Positions 36,393-46,498 of a DNA stretch of 64,000 bases are shown here, piece by piece (the stretch's first letter is position 1; the number at the start of each line of letters is the position of its first letter). The DNA lies in assembly GCA_963782945.1 (NCBI GenBank), contig CAWALO010000026.1:36742-100741 (forward strand), written 5' to 3'. The notes beneath the pieces were generated by a model. The model had not been told where the DNA came from and searched no databases. It saw only the letters and a program-made list of their open reading frames with translations. The position numbers and the translations under genes are program-made. The DNA is from an uncultured Bacteroidales bacterium. GTDB taxonomy: Bacteria > Bacteroidota > Bacteroidia > Bacteroidales > VadinHA17.

Positions 36393-38018
36393 ATGAATAA
36401 CGCCATATACAATTTCAGGGAACCAAAAAATGAACCGGTTTTATCTTACAAACCAGGAAGTGAGGAACGGAGTCTTCTTGAGGAAGAACTACTGGTTCAG
36501 AAAAACAGTATTATCGATATCCCTCTTATTATCGGAGGGAAAGAGATCCGAACCGGCAATACTGGTCATATTGTAATGCCTTCAGACCATAAGCATATAC
36601 TTGCAACCTATCACAAGGCTGGTGAAAAAGAGGTTACATTGGCAATCAAGGCAGCCCTTCAGGCAAAAGATGAATGGATGAACCTGTCCTGGATGGAGAG
36701 GGCAGCTATAATGGCAAAAGCCGCTGAACTCATCTCAAAAAAATACAGGTACCGGATAAATGCCGCTACTATGCTCGGACAGGGAAAGAATGTAATGCAG
36801 GCAGAGATCGACTCTGCATGTGAGGTGATAGATTACCTCAGGTTCAATAATTTTTTTGCATCACTTGTATATATGGAGCAGCCTATATCGGAAAATGAGA
36901 CAATAAACCGGATCGAATACCGCCCCCTCGAGGGGTTTGTGTATACCGTTACTCCGTTCAACTTCACCGCAATAGCTTCCAATTTAAATACAAGTGTTGC
37001 ACTGATGGGCAATACAACGGTCTGGAAGCCTGCCACTACTTCCCTTCTTTCAAACTACTATCTTATGAAGATCCTGGAAGAAGCAGGTTTACCATCAGGT
37101 GTAATGAATTTCATCCCCGGTTCAGGTTCCCTCATCAGCAGCGTGGTACTGAATCACAGAGAACTGACCGGTATTCACTTTACCGGTTCAAATCCGACAT
37201 TCAACACTCTCTGGAAACAGGTTGCAGAAAATCTTTCAACTTACAAATCATATCCAAAAATAGTTGGTGAAACCGGTGGAAAGGATTTTATTTTTGCTCA
37301 CAGATCGGCTAACCCTCAGGAACTTGCTACCGCCATTGTAAGAGGAGCCTTTGAATACCAGGGACAAAAGTGCTCGGCCGCCTCCAGGGCATATATCCCC
37401 GCTTCATTATGGGAAATAACAAAACAGCATATAATGCGGATGATCAGCGAGATAAAAACCGGAGATGTAACTGATTTTAAAAATTTCGTAAATGCAGTGA
37501 TCGATGAAGAATCCTTTGATCGGATAATGTCGTATATCACTAAAACAAAAGCAGCTCCCGATGCAGAGATAATTGCAGGCGGAGAGGGCGATAAATCAAA
37601 GGGATACTTTATAAAACCCACTGTTATTGTCACGGGAAACCCTCACTTTATTACTATGGAAGAGGAGATCTTTGGCCCGGTAATGACAATCTATGTCTAT
37701 GAAGATGATAAGTTTGAGGAGACACTAAGGCTTTGCGATGAAACATCACCTTTTGGCCTCACCGGGGCAATATTCAGCAATGACAAATATGAAATGATTA
37801 AAGCATGCAGGTCATTGAGGTATGCAGCCGGAAATTTCTATATAAACGATAAACCAACAGGAGCAATGGTTGGACAGCAACCCTTTGGAGGAGCACGGGC
37901 ATCAGGCACAAACGATAAAGCCGGAAGCTATCTGAACCTTCTCCGCTGGGTCAGCCCGAGAACTATTAAAGAGACACTTATGCCTGCAACAGATTTCAAA
38001 TACCCGTTTATGGAATAA
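36393..38018 (+). CDS. pruA: L-glutamate gamma-semialdehyde (1-pyrroline-5-carboxylate) dehydrogenase
   Basis: 541-aa ALDH fold with VGETGGKDF and GQKCSAASR catalytic motifs. The N-terminus is typical of PruA. Confidence 0.85.
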   Translation: MNNAIYNFREPKNEPVLSYKPGSEERSLLEEELLVQKNSIIDIPLIIGGKEIRTGNTGHIVMPSDHKHILATYHKAGEKEVTLAIKAALQAKDEWMNLSWMERAAIMAKAAELISKKYRYRINAATMLGQGKNVMQAEIDSACEVIDYLRFNNFFASLVYMEQPISENETINRIEYRPLEGFVYTVTPFNFTAIASNLNTSVALMGNTTVWKPATTSLLSNYYLMKILEEAGLPSGVMNFIPGSGSLISSVVLNHRELTGIHFTGSNPTFNTLWKQVAENLSTYKSYPKIVGETGGKDFIFAHRSANPQELATAIVRGAFEYQGQKCSAASRAYIPASLWEITKQHIMRMISEIKTGDVTDFKNFVNAVIDEESFDRIMSYITKTKAAPDAEIIAGGEGDKSKGYFIKPTVIVTGNPHFITMEEEIFGPVMTIYVYEDDKFEETLRLCDETSPFGLTGAIFSNDKYEMIKACRSLRYAAGNFYINDKPTGAMVGQQPFGGARASGTNDKAGSYLNLLRWVSPRTIKETLMPATDFKYPFME

Positions 38019-38112
38019 CCTTATCTAACATATTAAATAAAGAAACAGGAGTTATCAGTAACTTCTTTCCTGATCATAACAGACTTTGGAAAAATCTTCT
38101 GTAAATTTGAGA

Positions 38113-39027
38113 ATGAAAATACCCACCACAGAAAATCACAATAAAGCTCTGTTTATTTTGAATCCAACTGCGGGTATTCAGCCGGTAAACTTTTTTGTGT
38201 CAAAAGATCTGGATCGCCGCAAAAGCCAATTATCCATTTACAAATCATTGAGTAAAGCATACACCGGGCCCTTTATCAGGAAAAACTTTGATAAGCATGA
38301 TGTCTATATTGCTGCGGGCGGAGATGGCACAGTCCATACAGTCGCCTCAGAGCTTGTCGGCACCGAAAAGATCTTTGGAGTTCTTCCTCTCGGCTCAGGT
38401 AATGGCTTCGCAAAAGAATTTGGATTTAATCTTAATCTCCGGTCTCTGCTGGCTTACATCAAAAAAGCCGACAGCATGGACATCGATGTGATAGAGATCA
38501 ATGATAAATTATGCCTGAATGTAGCCGGAATCGGCCTTGACAGCTTTGTTGCGCATTCATTCAATGACCTTAAACTACGCGGATTTCTGCCATATATCTG
38601 GTTAACCTTTAAAACCTTTTTGCAGCTACGCCCTTTTCATGTAAAAATAAAATTCGGGGGTGAAGAAATTGTTTCTGAAAAATTGTTTGTCCTTACCATT
38701 GCAAATACCCGGCAATTCGGCAATTATGCCTTCATCGCACCCGATGCACGTCCAAATGACGGTAAGATTGATCTTGTCCTGATAAAACCTTTCCCTAAGA
38801 TCTTCGGACCTCTGTTTGTAATCCGTCTTTTTACAAAAAGAATAAATAAGTCAAAATATGTCAGACAAATAAGGACAGATAAAGAGATAATTATTGAAAC
38901 AGATGAAACCAGGTTCCATATAGACGGAGAGCCTGTTTGTATTTCCGGAGAGGTTGTTGTCAGGATCAAAAAAGAGGTCCTTAAAGTTCTGAAAACATCC
39001 GGCAATAAATTTCTGCCCCGCACCTGA
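38113..39027 (+). CDS. diacylglycerol/lipid kinase family protein (YegS-like)
   Basis: LFILNPTAG, AAGGDGTVH and LPLGSGNGF motifs. I take the ATG at 38113 as the start. Confidence 0.75.
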   Translation: MKIPTTENHNKALFILNPTAGIQPVNFFVSKDLDRRKSQLSIYKSLSKAYTGPFIRKNFDKHDVYIAAGGDGTVHTVASELVGTEKIFGVLPLGSGNGFAKEFGFNLNLRSLLAYIKKADSMDIDVIEINDKLCLNVAGIGLDSFVAHSFNDLKLRGFLPYIWLTFKTFLQLRPFHVKIKFGGEEIVSEKLFVLTIANTRQFGNYAFIAPDARPNDGKIDLVLIKPFPKIFGPLFVIRLFTKRINKSKYVRQIRTDKEIIIETDETRFHIDGEPVCISGEVVVRIKKEVLKVLKTSGNKFLPRT

Positions 39028-39064
39028 TATTGTAAATAATTGAGGCTAACAAAAATTCTTAATC

Positions 39065-40414
39065 ATGAAAGTGCGATTTTCACTGGTCTTTCTCCTTTCC
39101 TTTTTCGCTATGACTGCAGCTTATAACCAGCAGACAGGCAATAAGCCTGAAGGAGAACAATGGTTCATGGATATGGGATTTGGAATGTTTATCCACTGGA
39201 GCATGGATTCACAGGTTGGAGCTGTAATAAGCCATTCCATGGCCGGTGCTTCGGAGGATTACCTGCAAAGATTCATATACGAATTGCCCAAAACATTCAA
39301 TCCCGGAAAATTTTATCCCGACGACTGGGCAATCCTTGCAAAGCTTGCAGGAATGAAGTATGTTGTCTTCACTGCAAAACACCATTCGGGTTTTTGCATG
39401 TGGGATACCAAAACTACTGAATTCAATATAATGAACACCCCTTTCAAACGGGATATTCTGAAAGAGGTCCTTGAAGCTTTCCGCAGGCAGGGGCTGGCAA
39501 CAGGAATATATTTCTCACCGGAGGACTTTCATTTCTTCCATGAAAACAATATCCCTGTAGGCCGGCTTCAAAACCCTCTGCATTACCCGGTAAATAACAG
39601 GGAACTGATGGCATATGATAAGGCTCAGATCAAAGAATTGCTTACCGGTTACGGGAAAATAGATCTCCTCTTTTTTGACGGTCCTGCAGAAGAACTTAAG
39701 GAATATGCATGGAAGCTTCAACCTCAAGTTGTTGTCACAAGGGGACAAATGGAAACACCTGAACAGGAACTGCCTGACAAACCCATAGCGGGACCATGGG
39801 AAGCATGTTTCACTATGGGAACCGACTGGCAGTATAAACCGACTAACGACCCCCATAAAAGCGGAACTGAGATAATAAACATGCTCATTGAGACCAGAGC
39901 CAAAGGAGGAAATCTGCTGCTTAATGTAGGACCGAAACCTGATGGCGAATTGCAAATTGAACAGGAAGCTCTCCTTCGTGAAGTGGCATTATGGAATCTT
40001 GTTAACCAGGAAGCAATTCATCTGATACGTCCCTGGGAAATTATCAAAGAGGGTGATGTATGGTTTACAAAGGCAAAAGATCAGAATACCCTGTATGCAT
40101 TTATCCCTGCCGGGAATGAATGGAAGTATGGGGAACGGAAGGATTTTGTCTTCAGAACGCTTTCAGGGAACGACCAGACAAAAGTGACCATCCTGGGTTA
40201 TGCAAGTGAATTGGTGGAATATAAACCAGGCTTTGATGCAAAGATCTATACCAGTTCAACACCAATAGGACTGGTGATCAGCGCCGTAAATGGTCACAGG
40301 CTTTATACAAATAATCAGTGGCCAAATCCGGTAGTTTTAAAGATTGAAAATGTGAAGTTTAAACCTTCCGTACTGGAAAAAGATCTAAAGGACAAAATTG
40401 ACGGTGCGAAATAA
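39065..40414 (+). CDS. alpha-L-fucosidase (GH29)
   Basis: FGMFIHWS, KYVVFTAKHHSGFCMWDT and NLLLNVGP motifs. Confidence 0.85.
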   Translation: MKVRFSLVFLLSFFAMTAAYNQQTGNKPEGEQWFMDMGFGMFIHWSMDSQVGAVISHSMAGASEDYLQRFIYELPKTFNPGKFYPDDWAILAKLAGMKYVVFTAKHHSGFCMWDTKTTEFNIMNTPFKRDILKEVLEAFRRQGLATGIYFSPEDFHFFHENNIPVGRLQNPLHYPVNNRELMAYDKAQIKELLTGYGKIDLLFFDGPAEELKEYAWKLQPQVVVTRGQMETPEQELPDKPIAGPWEACFTMGTDWQYKPTNDPHKSGTEIINMLIETRAKGGNLLLNVGPKPDGELQIEQEALLREVALWNLVNQEAIHLIRPWEIIKEGDVWFTKAKDQNTLYAFIPAGNEWKYGERKDFVFRTLSGNDQTKVTILGYASELVEYKPGFDAKIYTSSTPIGLVISAVNGHRLYTNNQWPNPVVLKIENVKFKPSVLEKDLKDKIDGAK

Positions 40415-40451
40415 ATTCAAGAACAGCTATTAACTGATTAAACTGAATAAT

Positions 40452-42902
40452 ATGAAAATGAATCGGATAACTACCAGATCTCTCATTCTTCTGAATATAT
40501 TTCTTATCGGCCTGAATGCAAATCTAACGGCACAGACTTCCGGGGATATTGAATCTCACCGGATCTCGCTTCCAAACGGCTGGAGTCTTACTCCTGCAGG
40601 CAAAACCCTGACTCTGGGCGATCTGCCGCTGAATATCGCCATATCACCCTCGAAAAAGCTGGCAGCCATCACAAATAATGGCCAGAGTGACCAGTCAATT
40701 CAGCTTGTTGATATTGAGAAAGAAATTGTTGTTGATTCTGTTTCTATAGGAAAATCCTGGCTGGGACTGGTATTCTCCGGAAACGGAAAGTATCTCTATG
40801 CTTCCGGAGGAAATGATAATATGATACTGAGGTATTCGGTAGTAAATAATCAGATCTCTGTGTACGATACAATAATCATTGGCAAACCCTGGCCCGAAAA
40901 GATCTCAATTGCCGGGATTGCCCTTGATGATTCAAAAAACAGACTATATGCAGTTACCAAAGAAAATAATTCCCTGTATGTCGTTGATACAAAATCAAAG
41001 AAAATAATCTGGAAGTACGATATCGGAGGCGAGGGATATACCTGTATATTATCTCCGGATAAGAAAACCCTTTTCATCTCCTGCTGGGGCTGTGATAAAA
41101 TAATTGTTTTTGATACTAAAGTCCTGAAAATCATCCGATCAATAACTGTCGGCGATAATCCAAATGACATGTGCATAACCGGTGACGGCCGTTATCTTTT
41201 TGTTGCCAACGCCAATGACAACAGTGTTTCTGTAATAGATGCAAGCAGGATGAAAGTTATCGAAACGCTGAACTCTGCACTTTATCCTGATTCCCCGGCA
41301 GGTTCGACAAGCAACAGCGTGGCTTTGAGCAAGGATGATAAGACTCTCTTTATAGCCAATGCCGATAATAACTCTCTTGCCGTATTTGATGTAAGCACAC
41401 CCGGGTCCTGCAGGAGTAATGGATTCATCCCGACAGGCTGGTATCCTACGTGTGTCAGAGTTGCCGGAAATAAAATCCTTGTCAGCAATGGAAAGGGTTT
41501 TTCATCAATGGCAAATCCGCATGGTCCCGATCCTTACCGTAATGATGATGAGGTGCTGTACCAGGAGGGTGGAAATGGCCAGAAAATAAAAGTACAGTAT
41601 ATAGGAGGCCTCTTTAAGGGAACACTGAGCATAATAGCATTACCGGATATAAATAAAATGGCTTTGTATTCAGAGGCTGTTTATAAGAATTCCCCTTATT
41701 CAAAGAAGAATGAGATGACATCTGAAGGTGCCGAAGGGAATCCAATACCTATGAAAGTCGGTGAGCCATCTCCCATTAAGCATATCTTCTATGTTATAAA
41801 GGAAAACCGTACATACGACCAGGTACTGGGCGATATACCTGAAGGCAATGGTGACCCCGGCCTGGTGTTATTTGGTGAAAAAATCACACCCAATCAACAT
41901 GCAATTGCAAGGGAATTTGTACTTCTGGATAATTTCTTTGTCGACGGTGAGGTCAGTGCAGACGGACATAACTGGACGATGGGAGCATATGCCACAGATT
42001 ATACCGAAAAAAACTGGCCGACCAGCTATGGTGGCAGAGGCGGATCATACGATTCTGAAGGAGAAAGGGAGATTGCAAATAATAAAAGTTACCTGTGGGA
42101 CAATTGTAAGCGGAATGGTGTCAGCTATCGTACCTATGGTGAATTTATTGGGGAAAACGGTCCCAACATCCCTGTCTTAGAGGACCACTACTGTAAGGAT
42201 TTCTCACTTTGGGTACCTTCAATCCGCGATACAGTCCGTTTCGCACAGTGGAAAAGAGATTTTGACTCACTGATGGCAATAAATTCAGTACCTCAACTGA
42301 ATACTCTCCGCTTCATCAATGATCATACTGAGGGATTAAGCCTTGGAAGACCAACACCTTTTGCTCATGTTGCTGATAATGACCTCGCAGTGGGAATGTT
42401 TGTCGACTACCTCAGTCATAGTCCAATATGGAATCAAAGTCTTATCGTTATAGTTGAAGATGATGCCCAGAACGGACCCGATCATGTGGATGCCCACCGG
42501 AGCACTGCATATATTGCAGGTGGTTATGTGAAGAAGGGGTTTGTGGATCATACCGCTTATTCAACATCCTCCCTTCTGAGAACCATTGAGCTTATCCTCG
42601 GACTACCCCCCATGAGCCAGTATGATGCAGCAGCAACCCCGCTGTGGAGATGCATGAACAGCACAGCTGATCATCCTGCGTTTGAAGCAAGACCCTGTCA
42701 GGTTGACCTTAATGAAAAGAACACAGCTGAAAATATCTGGCAGCAAAAGAGTGAAAAATTTGACTTTACAAGGGAGGACAGGGTTAATGATGCAGAATTC
42801 AATGAGGTGATATGGAAAGCTGTAAAGGGAATTGATTCACCCTGCCCGCCTGCTGTAAGGGCTGCATTCTTTAAACCGGATAATGAAACAGGTAAGGATT
42901 AG
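40452..42902 (+). CDS. fusion: YncE-like beta-propeller repeats + phosphoesterase (phospholipase C/AcpA family) domain
   Basis: The N-terminal half has repeated ...LYV.N..DNS.SV.D units. The C-terminal half has IFYVIKENRTYDQVLGD and EDDAQNGPDHVDAHRS phosphoesterase motifs. Confidence 0.75.
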   Translation: MKMNRITTRSLILLNIFLIGLNANLTAQTSGDIESHRISLPNGWSLTPAGKTLTLGDLPLNIAISPSKKLAAITNNGQSDQSIQLVDIEKEIVVDSVSIGKSWLGLVFSGNGKYLYASGGNDNMILRYSVVNNQISVYDTIIIGKPWPEKISIAGIALDDSKNRLYAVTKENNSLYVVDTKSKKIIWKYDIGGEGYTCILSPDKKTLFISCWGCDKIIVFDTKVLKIIRSITVGDNPNDMCITGDGRYLFVANANDNSVSVIDASRMKVIETLNSALYPDSPAGSTSNSVALSKDDKTLFIANADNNSLAVFDVSTPGSCRSNGFIPTGWYPTCVRVAGNKILVSNGKGFSSMANPHGPDPYRNDDEVLYQEGGNGQKIKVQYIGGLFKGTLSIIALPDINKMALYSEAVYKNSPYSKKNEMTSEGAEGNPIPMKVGEPSPIKHIFYVIKENRTYDQVLGDIPEGNGDPGLVLFGEKITPNQHAIAREFVLLDNFFVDGEVSADGHNWTMGAYATDYTEKNWPTSYGGRGGSYDSEGEREIANNKSYLWDNCKRNGVSYRTYGEFIGENGPNIPVLEDHYCKDFSLWVPSIRDTVRFAQWKRDFDSLMAINSVPQLNTLRFINDHTEGLSLGRPTPFAHVADNDLAVGMFVDYLSHSPIWNQSLIVIVEDDAQNGPDHVDAHRSTAYIAGGYVKKGFVDHTAYSTSSLLRTIELILGLPPMSQYDAAATPLWRCMNSTADHPAFEARPCQVDLNEKNTAENIWQQKSEKFDFTREDRVNDAEFNEVIWKAVKGIDSPCPPAVRAAFFKPDNETGKD

Positions 42903-42944
42903 GTAATTCCACAGGTCGTATTTAAGAAGATCTGTATTTGGATA

Positions 42945-43078
42945 AAATGCCCCCCTTTTATTCCCCCCGGAGGGGGGAAAAATTCTCACTGACCCAGTAC
43001 AATTTACTTAAAGACCAATTTTTTTCTCCCCTCCAGGGGAGATGTCATCCGCCAGCTGGCGGATGACAGAGGGGTTTT
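42945..43078. repeat. cluster of REP-like GC hairpins
   Basis: ccccccGGAgggggg (42963-42977), ctcccctccaggggag (43026-43041) and tgtcatccgccagctggcggatgaca (43043-43068). Confidence 0.75.
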
Positions 43079-43115
43079 TCTCCCTGCTGGTAATTGTCTG
43101 AACTTCGCTCTAAAT

Positions 43116-44733
43116 TTAAGGCAACTTAAACGCCACCGGCAGTATCATCTGAACAGGAACCGGTTTACCATTCTGGCTCCCTGGTTTCCAATCCGGCATG
43201 CCTGATACCAACCTCATTGCCTCAAGGTCAAGCATGGGATGAAGAGATTTTTTAATCACCGGGGTACTTATTTTCCCTTTACTGGTTACAATAAAAGTCA
43301 CATAGACCTCCCCGTCTATTTTTTCATTAATCCCTGGTCCCAGATCTCTCTTGTTTTTAGTGATCCATGCGTTCATAGCTTTGGCGCCTCCCGGAAATTC
43401 AGGAAGCTCTTCAACAACCACAAAGAGATTCTCTTCCTGCATCCCATTTCCTGCGGAAGGTGGTACACCAGAGGCTGGAGGTGGTGTTTCCTTTGTTGAA
43501 GTTCCTGTACTTTTTGAGGCAGGTGGCGGCGGAGGCGGAGGAGGAGGTGGTGGCGGCATACCAACGGAAGAGTTCTGATAGCTTATTGTATCTCTTTCCA
43601 TTTTAATCGTTGCACCGGAGACGAATTCAGATTTAATGACCTTCGACTTATAGCCTACGAAAGTGACAACAATTGCTGCATCTTCAGGCACATTATCAAT
43701 GTTGAAAAAGCCCTTTGCATCGGAGGTTGATCCCATGGTTGTTCCCATAACAATGACAGAGGCCCCCTGCAAAGGAGTTCCATCATTCTCAACAATGGTC
43801 CCTTTGACTTTTCTATCCGACGCCGGAGAGTCAAGGTTTTGGGTTCCCGGATTATCAGACAGAGAAATATACTGATAATCAGGCTTCGCAAATGCATAAA
43901 ATACAATCGCAAAGACAGGCAGAATAAAGAGTATCTTCATCTTCCTGTATGGTGAGCTTATTATATTTTTCATCATTGTAAATCTTTTTTTGTTAAGTGA
44001 ATAATTGAAGGAATTCACCAGGCTGATGACTGGAGAGCCAACAATCTGGTTCAACAGGGCTGCCCTGTATATTGCCGGGTCTGATGTCCGCTGCAGCGCC
44101 ACCTTATCAGCAATATATTCATGGTTTTGCCTTATCAGCCGGATATAGATCCAGACAACAGGGTTAAACCACTGCAGGATGCAGAGCAACTCAACAAGCA
44201 ACAGATCGAGCCAGTGCTTCTGCCGGATATGCACCATCTCATGATTCATGATCTCCTTAATTTCAATTTCTGTAACTGAAGGATTGACAAAAACATAGGA
44301 GAAAAATGAAAATGCAGAATCGTATTCGGCAGTTTTGATAAGCTTAACCTGATCGGAGGAAATGGGTCCTGCCCTCCTTATAACTTTAAGCAGAGCCCTG
44401 CTCTGTTTAACAATCATAAATGCAACAAACAGAAGTCCTGATAAATAGAGATAAAATAACAATAATCTGAAATCAGGTTTACCTATACTGTCACGTGCTG
44501 TAATGAGACCATTAACAATAGTGGCTTCAGACTGACTGCTGCCTGGAACCGGAAGAATAACCTTGTAGCTGATTGTAACAAATGGCAAGATAAAAGCTGC
44601 GAGGATGCCTGTTATAAGGAATATCCGGTTCAGTTCAAAGAATCTTTCATTCTTCAGAAAAAGAATATATACCAGTGCAAAACCGGTAAGCCAGATAACA
44701 GATTTAAACAGATATAGTGCCAGATGTTTCCAT
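43116..44733 (-). CDS. BlaR1-like M56 peptidase sensor fused to CarboxypepD_reg-like, Pro-rich and TonB C-terminal domains; +1 frameshift right after the start codon
   Basis: HEMVHIRQKH (HExxH), a P13 linker and a TonB-like C-terminus. The ATG at 44733-44731 overlaps the blaI stop (TGATG) but gives METSGTISV*. The +1 frame reads (ME)..LALYLFKSVIWLTGFALVYILFLKNERFFELNRIFL..., which is continuous with the track ORF. The extra base is near 44724. Confidence 0.8.
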
Positions 44734-45110
44734 CACTTCTTCTTTATGTCATTCGATAATTCCACTTTAGCTGCCTCAAGCAATTCATTAAGCTCCTTGA
44801 CTGTCAGATCTTTTTCCCTTGCAAAGAATGATGCCATTGCAGGAAAGGAGTTATTGAAATAGTTTTCCAAAAGTCCGAAAAGCTGGCCCTTTGAATAATT
44901 GCTCTTTGAAATGAGAGGAAAGTAATGATGAACATTTCCATACGCCTTATGCCCCACATAACCCTTCTTCTCGAGAACTCTCAATACCGTTGATACAGTA
45001 TTCCTTGCCGGTTTGGGATCACCGAAGCTATCGCGGATATCCTTCACGAGACCTGTTTCCATCTCCCATAATATCTGCATTACCTGTTCTTCTGCTTTTG
45101 TAAGTTGCAT
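44733..45110 (-). CDS. BlaI/MecI/CopY-family transcriptional repressor
   Basis: 125-aa winged helix. LTKAEEQVMQILWE..., TVSTVLRVLEKKGYV. Confidence 0.85.
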   Translation of the reverse strand: MQLTKAEEQVMQILWEMETGLVKDIRDSFGDPKPARNTVSTVLRVLEKKGYVGHKAYGNVHHYFPLISKSNYSKGQLFGLLENYFNNSFPAMASFFAREKDLTVKELNELLEAAKVELSNDIKKK

Positions 45111-45190
45111 TTTGTAACTTTTGATTTTTGTGAAATAAACCCGCCCCTAACCCCCTTCGCTTCGCTCAGGGCATGCTCTCGATAGTCCCT

Positions 45191-45228
45191 CCGTGTTTTA
45201 CTCCGTGGAACTCCGTGTAAATCCGTGG
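45191..45228. repeat. ctccgtgNNa micro-repeat (same family as 9229-9268)
   Basis: The block reads ccgtgttttactccgtggaactccgtgtaaatccgtgg. Confidence 0.7.
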
Positions 45229-45363
45229 TTTATAAATACTAGTTTAACCCACCTCTTTCTCTGTCACTTAACACCCCCATACCCGCCAAGGGGGGCTTTA
45301 AAAACTGTACTTATACATGCTTTTGTCTTTTGCCTTTTGCCTTGTTAAGTCAATCCTTCAATA

Positions 45364-45371
45364 CAAATATA
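45364..45371 (-). promoter_or_regulatory. candidate -7 box TATATTTG on the minus strand, abutting palindrome 1
   Basis: The plus strand reads caaatata, which is TATATTTG on the minus strand. It overlaps the first base of the 45371-45390 palindrome. Confidence 0.35.
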
Positions 45372-45390
45372 TGACTATTTTTATAGTCAT
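45371..45390. promoter_or_regulatory. perfect palindrome ATGACTAT-N4-ATAGTCAT (candidate BlaI operator)
   Basis: The sequence is atgactatttttatagtcat, with 8-bp arms. Confidence 0.45.
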
Positions 45391-45410
45391 GCAAATATTT
45401 TGCAATAAAA

Positions 45411-45430
45411 ATGACTATAAATATAGTCTT
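45411..45430. promoter_or_regulatory. second copy ATGACTAT-N4-ATAGTCtt (candidate operator)
   Basis: The sequence is atgactataaatatagtctt, 40 bp from the first copy. Confidence 0.4.
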
Positions 45431-45487
45431 TTTTGTAACTGACTGTTTTTATGGTCATTATAATTACTTTTATGAATAGAATCTTTT

Positions 45488-45582
45488 GTGTACCTTAGTG
45501 AAGCCCTTGGTGTCCTTAGTGTTTAATAAATAATAACTTAAACACAAAGGGTCACAAAGGGTCGCACAAAGGAACACTAAGG
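45488..45582. repeat. inverted micro-repeat block (ccttagtg / cacaaaggg / cactaagg units)
   Basis: gtgtaccttagtgaagcccttggtgtccttagtg...cacaaagggtcacaaagggtcgcacaaaggaacactaagg. Confidence 0.7.
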
Positions 45583-45673
45583 AAAGAACTCCCTGATCCA
45601 GATTTACGATCAGTAAACGTCTTTGGATTTTTTTGATTAATTTGCACCTTATAAATCTTTTAATAATCATACA

Positions 45674-46405
45674 ATGAAAAGAAACATTTTTTTATCATGC
45701 ATAGCTTTAATGCTAATCGTGATGCCAGGTATCGGACAGGATGTGAATAAACTCACGGCACAGGAGCAGAAAGATGGCTGGAAACTTCTATTTAACGGTA
45801 AGGACTTCAGCGGCTGGCGGCAATGCAACGGAACATCAATGCCAAAAAACTGGGTGATTGAAGATAACGCCATGAAGGTTGTTATCGGTGAAGGGAAAAA
45901 ACCCGGGGAGGGCGCAAACGGGGATATCCTGTTCAGTGATAAGAAATTTAAAAACTTCGAAATCTCGATTGACTGGAAAGCAAGTAAAATGGCAAACTCA
46001 GGGATATTTATCAATGTAAGGGAAGTTCCGGGGAAACCAATATACTACGCCTCCCCGGAGATCCAGGTGCTCGACAACGTCGATGCTACCGACAATAAAA
46101 TCCCCAGCCATCTTGCAGGTTCACTTTATGACATGATTGCTGCTGATCCAAAAACCGTTCATCCAGCAGGCCAGTGGAATACCATTGTTATCCGTGTACA
46201 GAACGGTAAGGTCACCCATACGCAGAACGGTGTAAAAGTCGTTGAGTATGAATTGTGGACACCTGCATGGGATGCACTGGTAGCAAACAGCAAATTCAAG
46301 ACATTCCCGGGATTTACCGAAGGAATTTCCAAAGAAGGATTTATCGGTCTTCAGGACCACGGATACCCGGTCTGGTTCAGGAATATTAAAATACGGGAAT
46401 TATAA
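45674..46405 (+). CDS. DUF1080-family (3-keto-disaccharide hydrolase-like) secreted protein
   Basis: DGWKLLFNGKDFSGWR near the N-terminus and GFIGLQDHGYPVWFRNIKIREL at the C-terminus. Confidence 0.8.
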   Translation: MKRNIFLSCIALMLIVMPGIGQDVNKLTAQEQKDGWKLLFNGKDFSGWRQCNGTSMPKNWVIEDNAMKVVIGEGKKPGEGANGDILFSDKKFKNFEISIDWKASKMANSGIFINVREVPGKPIYYASPEIQVLDNVDATDNKIPSHLAGSLYDMIAADPKTVHPAGQWNTIVIRVQNGKVTHTQNGVKVVEYELWTPAWDALVANSKFKTFPGFTEGISKEGFIGLQDHGYPVWFRNIKIREL

Positions 46406-46498
46406 TACCGGAGGATTCCGGTTCTTCGTTATATTTATGATATAAACCGTATCCCTTTATTATTATAAATCCATGAACTCATTTACAATAATATAGTT

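Noticed and set aside
43515-43560. A GGN/GGC-rich simple repeat on the plus strand.
   Set aside because: It is the coding sequence of the 13-residue polyproline linker (minus strand) of the M56-TonB protein, a normal feature of TonB-like proteins.
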